Source of the DNA: Fimbriosthenelais zetlandica | Lineage: Eukaryota | NCBI GenBank assembly: GCA_977030845.1 | Contig: OZ365116.1 | Location: 18,662,001-18,726,000, forward strand | Length of the DNA: 64,000 nt | Direction of reading: 5' to 3' | Part shown: one piece after another, positions 39,101 through 51,100 of the stretch | Numbering within the stretch: position 1 is the first letter of the stretch | How the letters are laid out: each line of letters opens with the position of its first letter | Translations under genes and position numbers: made by a program | Notes under the pieces: generated by a model | What the model was told of the DNA's origin: nothing | What the model saw: the letters and a program-made list of their open reading frames with translations, nothing else | The model's database searches: none

Positions 39101-42100
39101 CACACAGCCTCACTACAAGCTCATCAAATATGATAACAAGGCTTGTCAGGCGACGTGACAGTCTGGTACGGGTGTAAAACACTGTCACATGACTACCAAC
39201 TCAGTCACATGACCGGTCACATGGGTTGGTGAATGTCCCCAAAATGGCATCTTAAGAACATGTGGTGCTTTGTCTCTGTTATAAATTCAGGTTTTACCAA
39301 AGGGCAGCCTGCAATCACAGGGTGGTTTAGAAGATCACATCCTCTTGTAACCTTTCTTGCTCTGGTCAGATAGTTATGGCTTTGGCTCATACTAGTTGTG
39401 ATCTTGGGCCGTTTATATCAACCTATTATACTGCCTGGAATAGACCATATTTCCTCATAGCTCCCTTCTCCCTCTACCTCAATTCGTAGGGCCTTTTGCA
39501 TGGAGCAGGGGACTAAAGCCCACTAAGGGAGGTTATTATAGTGGGGAGATGGATGACACCAAGACAAATGCTCGTCCACTGAATGAGATCTGGAGGTGTC
39601 CAGGTAGTGTATATGCTCAGGCATATTTGGATGTAAAACGGGCCCAACAACAGTCAAACATGATGGATCCATGGCAGTCTACCATGTCAATGTGATATAT
39701 ACCCGGCTACTGTGCTATGGCCACAAGCCACAAGGGAGTAAGAGGCACAGTAGACAGGGAAAAATATAAAATACATGGGGACACCTCGAGGACTGTCAAA
39801 AAGGGACAAGGACATGGCTGCTGGTGGCTTTTACAGGAGGCTGAAGTTGCAGGCGCCTCATCTGAAAGGGCTTATCAGAAGCGGATGCCCAATGTGGGCG
39901 CCCAATGGGCATGGCTGAGAAAGTGACGCGGGCAATGATGAATTTCCCCAGAACCAGCACAGATATATGATAGGTGCTCAGATGGATGAAGACTAATGTA
40001 GAAACGGAGCCTAACCGTTTGTGACAAATATAGATAGAAAGATTACAGATCATTGGCTCTCTAAAGAGAAAGGAAGTGTTGGGGGGAGAGCCCGATGAAA
40101 GGTGGCACTGCGCCAGTCTCTGAGGCAGTTGGGAAATCTTGACAGCGGAAAGAATTGGGAGAAAATGGTGAGGACAAAGCATGAGGGAAACAAATGAGTC
40201 GGTGTGCATGCCAGGCTGAAGGATAGGTTGGAGGCGAGGAATGAATAGTGACGGCAATGAGCTATAGATCTGTGTGACTTCTTTTCCTGCTCAGTTGGTG
40301 GGAATATTTCCAACTTGATCCACATGGCATCTGATCAGCCCTTTTACTGATAAATACCATCTGCCTGCCAATCTCTTCCCTTGTTTTTAACTTCACAAGA
40401 ACCAGGATTATTTTTTGTATTTGCAGGCATGGTGGAACAGATGGTGTTGAAAAAAAATCATCCCAAAACAATCAGTTTTTAGGGAAATGGCACTTCATCG
40501 ATGGTGGCGATATTTTAAAAATATGTATTGTGGCAGAGTCATTTTAGGGCCAAATGGTATTCTTGTTAGCTCGGGTTTTCACACTATTGATTTTTGGGTG
40601 ACATATGTGCTCTGCTAACCCGGAAGCAGTTTGTCAAAAGCCGATCTCCCTAATTTGTCCCTTTCACCACATCTGCTCGTTTCAAACATGTCAGTGCTGA
40701 CTAAACCAATACATAAGTCATGACTAGAAGACTTTTAAGAATTGCTTTCTTGCTCGGCTCTTTTTCCAAGATAGAAAAGTGAACATTCATCATATCGTTA
40801 AAAAGTTCCAGTCTAAAAGACATAAACTTGACTCTAAAGATCGTCCAACAGAGCAGAATCATGAGGAATATCCATCAAAACCCATATAACGCTGAGTTAA
40901 CTGTCTAGAGAAAGAAACATTCTAACTGGTGTTCAAGGAGTTGTATATAACAATGTATAATATGGCTGGCCGTTTTGCCAGAAGCAGAGTTGTGCCACCC
41001 ACATGTGAGGTGGCACGCTAAATGCTGTCTGCTTAGTTGTATTGAACATGCATGTTGTAGGGCGAGTATTGGGAATGAGCTCTAACTTGAGATGTGGCAT
41101 ACTGGTATCTGGATGACAGGTCTTATGCCTGGAATGATTGCTCCATCAGAGATTGGCGATTCCACGCCACTAAACCATCCATGTAACAGTATTAATCCTG
41201 ATTTATGGTGTGACACGCGGCTGACCCCACCATGAATACAGGCTGAGCCGCTAACACCCATTCACCCTGCTGACAAGTTAACTTTCTCATGAACCATTCT
41301 CTCACCACTTCCTCATTCCATGTCAATAACATCTTCATGTCTCGTTTATCAGGCTGACCCATAGGCTGAGGCAGTCTCCTACTATGTTTGAGCATTAAAT
41401 CTTTCACATCCAAGTCACAAAGAAACAAATCTCTAAGATAAAATTCGCTAAGAGACACATCGGAAACGCATCTAATGATAAAAGCTCTCCCTTGGCCATG
41501 GCCATTATTGTCTCCCTCTTCCTTCAATCTGAATTCATTTTATATTAAATGCTATAAAAATGGCTTGGTTATTTGATAACGTGTGTCAAGCTAAGTAGCT
41601 TGCCAAGAGTGTATTTATGTCCTGCCAGGAGCTTCGTTGCTCCTGGAAATGTATTGATGTCGGATGTGGAGTTTTTGGAGGCTTGCTAAGTATTTTTTGA
41701 GAGAAGAGGAGCTAGGTTTTGTTATGAGTAACCTGAGTAAGAGGCCAGTACTTGATAGCCAATTAGCCGTGATAATTTACATCACATTTCCGGCCTAAAC
41801 CTTCACTGCTTTGTTCTTGACAGCTTTATTGGAGCGGGTTACTTGATATGCAGTAGTTGGTAACATATTTCAATCCATGGATGTTTGCCTGTCGGAATAT
41901 TTTGTGTCGTATTGTCATGCTGTGCTATAATTAAATGCAGCAATGATGAGATATTGTATGCAAATGATATTATGTGCTCATTGCAACTAGGAATGCCTTG
42001 AGGCACGATGAATCCTCCTATTTCACCATGACTCATAAAATTCCTAAAGGAACCGTTTTGTTAAACATTTTAAAGGATATAGCAATTACTAGACCACTCC

Positions 42101-45100
42101 CCACTTAGAAGAAAGAAGAAGGAATTGAGATTATTATTGATAAGTGAAGCACGTGCTGCTTTCCCGGGTGATAATGATAGGAATATTGCTTTTCATACCT
42201 GGCACATGCTAGAGCTGTGATGATGACGATGACAATTATCATGAGAAGTCCACCTGCCGACGCTGCTATAATGATCTCTGAAAAAAACAAGACAGTAGAC
42301 ACTTAGATCTTACTAAGCAATCTATAAAGCTTTACATATATATAAATATATAACACCTAACGATGTAGTGCTGGCTATAACTGGCCATGGTGCTGGATAT
42401 AGAGGACAAATGGAGGTAATAGACACACCTAACTGTAGACTGATGGGAGGTAAAGAGACACACAATGGTCATATCTATTAGTCAATAATCTACTTCTCAC
42501 TGTGGCAATGGCTTTCACCATATCAAACTAAAAGCCCTCCATATATAATGTAAATAGTCCCTAGACAAATCATGTTGGACTATCATTTATACTTTAGAGA
42601 TTTCACCAAATGTGGAGCCTCCATTTGTCCACGATTCTACTCAAGATAATATAACCAGATACACAATGTCCTGTCGACTATTTTACATGTATTATTAATG
42701 AACCGATTTAAAGATTGGTAAAATGTGTCCCTGGTTTTAAACGTTGATTTGTGGTATGGGTGAAAGGGGATGACAATAACTCATCCCTTACCCTTCTCTA
42801 CCCCCTAAGCAGTCGTAATCCCCTAATGCAGTATGAGTAGCATACACTGAGAGCCCCATTCCCCAGGCAACCCTTTAATCCTGCATCAAATGTAGTATGA
42901 AAAGAAATAGACCGCCCCTGCCAGGGGATTAACAGACTTCTTCCCATGTTGGCAATGGCTGGAATTAGATGCTACCTTTCCTGATTCATTTACGATATCC
43001 CATGAGAGACAAAAAGTCTGGCTCCAATAAAGGGATTGTAGACGCAGTACGGGGATGGATGTATTAGTCTTACAGGGATAGAGAAATTTACTGCTCACTC
43101 ATCTGCTCTGAGGTTACCTTTTTCCTCCCTCGTATGACGTTTCATTTCAGTTATGAAGCGGAACTTGTCATACCATTAATCATGGATCAGAAACAACCAC
43201 TTTTTTAAAAGCAAGCAATTTATATGATGTTTCTCAGATGTCAAGATGTCACAGGCCCACCAGTGTTTTAATTCCAGTCTACATTCAAAATTAAATGGGA
43301 ATCCATGTGGAAAAGAACTGCACACGCAGAACAAGTGATTTAAATTGTAAATCTCAATTCCAGATTTACTCCAGGAGATTAAGTTTTCTCCCTATATCTA
43401 ATCAATTTGAATTCAATCTCATTGACGTCCTTGAATCCACCTCCAATCTAGTCATTTACATTTAGTCTGTGGTTGTATCTGATGAAATCATTTATCAAAC
43501 ACTATGATCAAATGTAATGTTAGACGTAAGGCCCTGTGTAAATCCAGTTTAATGTGGTCGTGCCTGGCTCATTGCAAGGCCTTGTTTTGCTCTTTTCCCG
43601 TTGACTTTTTTTATATACAAAATTAATGACTTGGCTGTGATTTCACTGAAATTTGACACACCCGTTACTCCTCAATTTTTCAGGCCTCAGTTCTTTTCCA
43701 TGGAAGAGTGCAAAGCATTGCACAAGTCCTTAGGTAGTTTGTATTTTGAAACCCTTGGGAGACAATCCTTGCAGTAAGTGCAGAGGAAACATGAGTTTTT
43801 CCATGCCGCATCCATGCTGATTGGATGATGGATTCACCTGTCGCTTGACTTAATGATTTTTGTCACATTTCTCACTCTCCTCCCTTTAACACACCCAGCA
43901 ACAAATCCCAGCAGCCACTTTTTTGAAGAGTGCTGACTAATCAGCGGCATGGTACAAATCGTTGGCTGAAGGTCTTAAATCTCGGGAACAGGATGAAGAT
44001 AGTAGAATTAGATCTGATAATTCTGGGACCGGCCATATATATATTATGATTATTAGTCAGAAACTGAGTGCAGTAATATATCATCTACAATGCTGAGGTA
44101 GAGATCTAAGATTAACCGATGCCTCAATATTCTTACAATCTAATCTCTTCACCATTTTGTAATGGCTGAGCTTCTCTAGGATTTCTTCGGATTTAAAAGT
44201 CTGTAGAAAAATTCCAAGGTCACTTCCTCTTCACTAATTTGAACCAACCTACATTGATTGGATTGCACCTTCAATTACTCCCACACCACGACTTAAAATT
44301 CTGTTGCCTTGCATTAAGTCGCTCGAACGAGCAATTCCTTCATGCCATTGTAACTCTGAAAGCCAATGGGAAACCTGTAACATATTGATTATAGTCCCAT
44401 TTGGTCGACCAGGGACCTCCTCAGACCTTCTGACCAACGGGGCCATATTAAACACTGGGCTTAAGGGTAAGACTGATCATCTGTTGGGACTTATTAGAGC
44501 TAGCATCAAATTACCAGGCTTTACCCGGTATATAGGCAGCATATTAACTGGATCTCACCCAATATACATGCCGCTACTCCCCCCTCCATGCTTTATTCAT
44601 GCCATGCATGCCCAATTATCACGAGACATATTTCTATATTCCCCCGTCCCCATCCTTTATAGCCATTTTCTTTTCAAACTAATGATGCTCTAAAATACCT
44701 CCTGTCCTCGGGAAATGTAGGTTTCATTTCAATGTGGAAAATAATGCGCAGTCGGAGTCTGACTTCATGAATGCCCCTCATGAATGCATATAGGGGGATA
44801 TCGCTCCATTTGCCACTCCGTCCATCAATTACACTGCCACGCTGATTAGGGGAAAAGGCTTAGAATTGTCATCCTTCGCTTGGAAACTGCTAACCTACTT
44901 CCATCACCATTTCCTTCACTCATTCCTCCCAACATCCCTCCTATCAATCCACATAGTGGGACTTGTTGGGCGGGAGGGAGGACTTAAGAATTCCCAGAGA
45001 GTTCTTGATTAACATAAGGGTTTACCCTCTCAGAGAGTAAAGGAGGAAAACCTGAGCCCCCCGCAGGGTTATTTAGCTGCCCCTCTCCTACTCTCCTATC

Positions 45101-48100
45101 TCAATAGGGTATTCATACTTCCTTCCTAAAGCTTTAGCAAAGCTCAATACCTTTTAATCCTTTAGCTTTCATTCCATCTATTATAAAGGCATGGTAAAAG
45201 AAAATCCTCATGTATGTTTTGGAGAGCTATGTGAATGACACAAAGACTGATATGGAAGCATGTGGGGGAGTTTTAATTCTCAATTACCTCAAGGATCTAT
45301 TTAAATGAACTTAGCGTACTTATATAGTGTTTCTATAGGAGGCCTGCAGGCTTATCTCACATGAGCTTCCATCCACAGCTTCTACATGGAGCAAGACGTT
45401 AGTTCATTAATCATTTATATATCTGACTAAGCATGATTAACACTGAGCTTGGCTAGAATCATATGAAGGAATGCGTCTTGTAGACCTTTCTCCTAAATCC
45501 AGTTGAAGATGAATCTGATAGTCCATACTCTGGTACCTACAAATGCTATAGATACTATTGAACAAGCAGTTTTCATAGCGGTTTACACACAACTGTCTCA
45601 GAGTGGGTCCAGATTTTTTAGAATGGGCAGAAGGAGGCAAAACATGGGTGTACTGGGGTGGTGGAGCTGACTTAGCTAATCCGGAGGAGGTAGTTTGTAG
45701 GTGGGTGTGAGTGAGTGAGAAGACACCGCTGACGTGGGATTAACAGAAGGCTATCTGGGGAGATCTATACCCGGCCCACCCTCCCAGCCTGACAGATCGA
45801 TAAGTCCAGGGGGATTTCGTTTTTAAGCTAGTTCTATGCAGCCTGGAGATTGCCTCGGATGAAGATTTAACTCCAGAATTTCCTTTCTAAGCCATTTGTT
45901 CACAAAAGTGGCAAGAGTAAAAAGAAACAATAATTGTGGTTTCCTTGTAATGGTTAATTGCTCACAACTATTGTTAGATATGCCTCCTTGTTGTTTTTGA
46001 GAGATTGAAGATCATTTTCTACTCCGAAGAAAATGTCTATCGCTGTGTGATTGTCAGTGTTGTTTTCTTTGTCTTAGAGCATTATATACCTAAAACCCTT
46101 GTTGAAAGTTTCTCAACGTAAAACACTGATTACTTTGTACGCTTCTTTGTAGGAGACTGGGATATTGCTTTTTGAACAAAAAGATCTTATTGCATTTGTT
46201 TAATAAGTTTGTTCTGGTACATAATAATACAAACTGAGATAGATAATAGATTTTATATTGGCTGTCAGTGTCCATATCACAAGATATCATTTCTCATGTT
46301 AGAAAATTTATTAAGTTTGAGAACTTACCATTGGGAAACTTTTTCTCGGTGGCAGGCTTTAAGGCATCTTGTGGATCGACCACTCGTGGTCCTAGGTCAT
46401 TGCCACCCTTTTTCTTGGTGGTCTTATCACCAGTGGACACTGGAGTGGACAGAGAGGCTGGGTAGACACTGGTAGTACTGGACAGACTACTAGAGGTGCT
46501 GGTCTTCTGACCAACAGAGGACGGCTTAGTAATGGCTGAGATAGGCTTTCTGGTGGATGATGATGTAGATCCAATACTTGATGAATGTGTTGATGATGTG
46601 GACGATGTAGTTGATGATTTATGTCTGTCTGGTCGAGTGACTATAGATGGTTTGGACCTAGTACTGGTGGCTGTGGTGGATGTTGTGGGTTCTGTTGTAG
46701 TGGTTGTTGGGGTTGTAGTGGTGGTTGTTGGGGATGTGGTAGTTGTGGTGGGTTCTGTTGTAGTGGTTGTACTTGAAATTGTAGTTGTGATTGTACTACT
46801 GGCTTCTGTAGTTGAACTGGTTGTTGTTGTGGGAGGATGTCCACACCAAAACATTAGCTTTTCGCCTGTTGTGGCTGGAAAATAATATTGTATTGTCTAA
46901 ATCCAAGGTATCATAATACATTTTAACAGCAATAACTCAAAACATGTGATGAAAAGTAATAAGTAAAACAGCCAATTGAAATATTAATGTAAATCTATTT
47001 TGTTTAAAATCGAATATCATGCAAAGTATGCTGCACATAACTCACCCCATACACTAATATTGAAGTGTGTCAAGATGCTAAGATCATTATTCTCAAATGT
47101 CAGCTCGATGATGCGTTCAAAAGGACTACATCGTAATATCAATGGCTCGTGAAGTAAACTGCAGAATTCTCGAGACTCTAATCGATCTCGTAAAATAATC
47201 TTTTGCCCACACCACGTGCCATATTTGGTAAGGCTAAATTTGCGTGGTTGAATCTGTAAATAGAAGAAACTAAAATAAGCAAATATTCACTGTCATTCTA
47301 TGTATGAGCTGATATGTTCATTGTGTGAGATACTGTAATGTTTGATATGTAGCCATAGAAAGAATCTGTACTCTTGTGATGGCGACATATAGAATGCACC
47401 GAATATGAATCAGATTAAAAATTGTGCCTGTGAGTAAAAATAACCAACTGTTGGATGGAACGTGAGAATTATCTCATAGGTCGTTGGGAGTATTCTTCAA
47501 TGAAAAGTGACATGCCTAGTGAAGAAGGCCCAGATGTGGAAAAGGCTGCAGCTTTGAAGTGCTAGCACACACACATTGAAGCCCATTCAGACTACCTGCC
47601 TGCCAATTAAACATGCTTGAAGACCTCCAGTACGCTTCAGCAATGTGGCAGAGACATCATCACTCTTTCTCATGATGGTACACAAAAACATGTCACCGTT
47701 AAAAAGTCTCAATAGTTAGCTGCCTTTAATGTCGCCAGTGTGGGTGCATGTGTGGAAACATTCTTTAAGAAGTAAATGCAGGGAATGCAACACGCATATG
47801 ACACAGGAATAAACAGTTGTTGGCGAGGAATCCATGGGTTTCCTGTTCATATATGCACTAGCAATATTTGAAATACTCACAGGGACAGAAACAAATGGTA
47901 GCACTTCCCTGAAAATAGACCACATGTAGGTAGGATTGTGAGCAGTGGCAGTGACTTGTAGGATTGTGAATCATTGAACATTGCTATAAATGGGAGGAAG
48001 TTTATCTTCATTACTTTGATCCCCATGAGGTCCTGTTTGGTCTGGGTGAGAAATTACTATGTGAGAAAGGCGTGCTGAGCTCTAAGTTAGCTGAGCTGCA

Positions 48101-51100
48101 GGCACAAATAAGAACTGAAATGATAGTGGACCACTCAGTGACTGGCCAAGATTGCCATGTCTCAGAAAATACTCGAGTTATTCCTCTTAAAGACCCCCTA
48201 TATTATAGGTCAGCTCAGAGTGCTTCCCCGCCCCGCCCCTCCTCAAATAGGCTACTGCGTTTGGCATTTGTTTTGCATTCTCTATCTCTATCGTCCTCTC
48301 CATATATATTTATCACAGATAAAACATAGAAATGTATAGAGGGACACTGTAAATATTCTGAAGAGAAAAATAGAAGTCAGAGATTGCGATCCCAAACCTC
48401 ATGTATTAGGTGTATAGAGCAGTGTTATGTGGGATAAACATCTTGCCCATTGCCATCTGATAGTATCTGGAGGTACCTGTTATATGATATATTAATCATT
48501 GTCCTCTGGGAGTCCTCCATCACCTGCCACATAAGGCCACCATAATGCCAGGCCATGTGGTCTGACCCGCACCCATTGTTCCCTAATAGGTCTAAGGCCA
48601 GAGAGAAAGAGAAGTGAGCTACTGTTAGGGCAGGTCTTGCCCTTTGATGCCCGACTCCAGCCCTCAACCATATATATCCCATTACCCCAGATAGATTTAT
48701 TCCCAGGCAATACATTGGTAAGGTCCTTACATGATATAGTCCGCTCTGAGGCCTTCGTTATCTGTTTACAAGACATTCTGGCTGGACGCGTCCTTTTAGA
48801 TGTGCTACATCCTCTCATGTTTAAGCAAATTTCAAGTAAAGTCCTTATAGTAAATTTCCCTTCAAGCCACGGGAAGTTTGTACTGAAAGCGTTATGGTTT
48901 TAAAGGCCATCAGGTTTTGATTCATTTGCATCCATGTAACCTCGCGACCTCAATACAATTCTTTGCATTTAAAGAATCCCTGTTTGTCAAACATAAGGTC
49001 ATCAGGCCTTATTTCTTTTGTGGTCATCTTCATAAAAAGTCAATTTAGTAAGTGAACTGACAGAACCACCGTCTCTGATTGGTGGTTAATGGTTATTGCC
49101 CCCTCCACCATTTTCTGATGTAATATGAATTGGAAATTCTGATGGAAAGGCTGAGGACTTGCACTTGCCAGTCTTTTAAAAGGCTTGTCTTCGGCATTCA
49201 AAAGCCAGGGCGTTTGCTCCATTGGCAAGCCATAAAAACGATAATACATTTACGGGCTAACATTTTGTAATTATCCACTCCCGGTTTTCATCCTGGATTT
49301 TTACAGACTGTTATTGGAAAGATTAAATTGACGACAAAAAGAGTGCTTCACAAAATCAAACAATTCCCCCGACTACAAACTCTAGCAATGCTTTATGTTT
49401 ACTCATTTCTCTTTTGGATGTTGCAGTATATTTAAAAGCTCTAACAGCGACAACGTAAGACTTAGGTGAGGAATCTGTAGAGAATGTCAGTTTTTTTAAA
49501 CTGACTTCATAATTGTGTATGTCATACACTGTATTATCCTGTGTAGAACACACCCTGCCCGTAAGCAGCACATCTTCCCGCCTTTATGAGGTTTGTACAA
49601 TAGTCGGTGAGGGTTAAAAGGTTTCACAAAAGGGCTTAGTAGGCTTTTTCTGCTCCTTCCCCATGGCAATCCACTGAAAGTCTTGCTTTCTGATTTTTTA
49701 CGTCTTCTTCGTAGTCTCAACATCAATGACCATGTGTTTTTTGTGGAGTCTGTGTGTATTGATATGGTGCTGCGTTGCTAGAGTGGGAATCCCTTCATTC
49801 TTGTTCACTTTGTGCCCTGCCACACCTCCTGGGAGGCAGCCTCTACAAGTTTACAATTACTCCCCACCGGGCCATGCAATCGCCGGGGGAGGTGGCCATT
49901 GTGACAAATGTACGCCCTAAACTTGCTGTTCCTTACAAAAGCAGTGCATGCCAGAAGTACCAAGCACCATGAAAGCAAGCCGTCCATGGGACCATATCCA
50001 ATTCAACGGCTGGTCATTTACCACTTTTACCCAGACACCACCACTGCATATGGTTAAACAGTTTGCATGATACTGTCTGCCTCACGTCACCCGCATGTAA
50101 ATTGCCGAATTTTAAGGTGCCAACTCTTATAATGCGAAAAAAAGAGAAAGAGATTCCTTCTTATCTTTTTAAACTTCAGCCTATTTCTGGAATGTATTGA
50201 TATTCATCTCAGACATTTTATTCTATGTGTCGTCCTCTTTGCTGATTTAAGCGAAAGACTAGAGTAGTGTAATTATTCCTTTCCTCAGGGCCACATTATT
50301 GTAGTATGTATAGGCTGTTTGACAGGCAGCACTTCATTAGAGGTATAGTATATATTTACTGCAGTACATGGTTCATTTATAGGTACTAGGTAATCATTAC
50401 TGTTAAAAATTCACAGTACCTGATTTAACCCTGGCTGATGCATTAGACAATCAGCAGTGGACAAGTAATGAGACGAGCAGGTAGTACAGGAGCAGCTCCT
50501 GGTCTTGATAATACGCTAGGTGACCAAGTTTGCGCTCACTTTGAATCACAAGCTTCATTTACCACAGACTCCAGTACCACACGTCTCCAGCTTCTTACCA
50601 TTACATCAAAAGTAACATCATACATGCACATCAAATGCTCTTTATTATGGCAAGGTAACCTTAGACAGAGTCGTATATCCTTGCAACACCCACTACATGC
50701 CTGCCAAAGATGCTGCATTACCCATTATATGATCACATTATAGGCCTATCCAGTTGACACTTATGGTCAGATTAATGACGTGTACCTATGGGATAAGAAA
50801 AAGTCATATCCCTGCTTATCGTAGCTTTGCCTTTCGCAGAATTTGGCATCACTTCCCCACTGTCTACACAGCACGAGGTTTGATGAAGGTTTAAGTATGT
50901 TTAATACACATGCATCCTTCTATATTAAGACAAATATGATGGCACTGTGCCGTGATGATTATTTTCCAGACTTTGCTGAGTAGACACAGTCCCTAGAAAC
51001 CTTACAGACCTCACTATCTTAAAAGAAATTTCAGAGGTATTGATAGGGGAGAGAAATGGCGGTGGATACATTTATGAAATCTGATGAAAAGCTTATCCCT

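Noticed and set aside
46392-46885. Val-rich plus-strand ORF 46532..46885 and the Gln/Pro-rich and other overlapping minus ORFs
   Set aside because: Antisense and alternate-frame shadows of the Thr-rich mucin exon.
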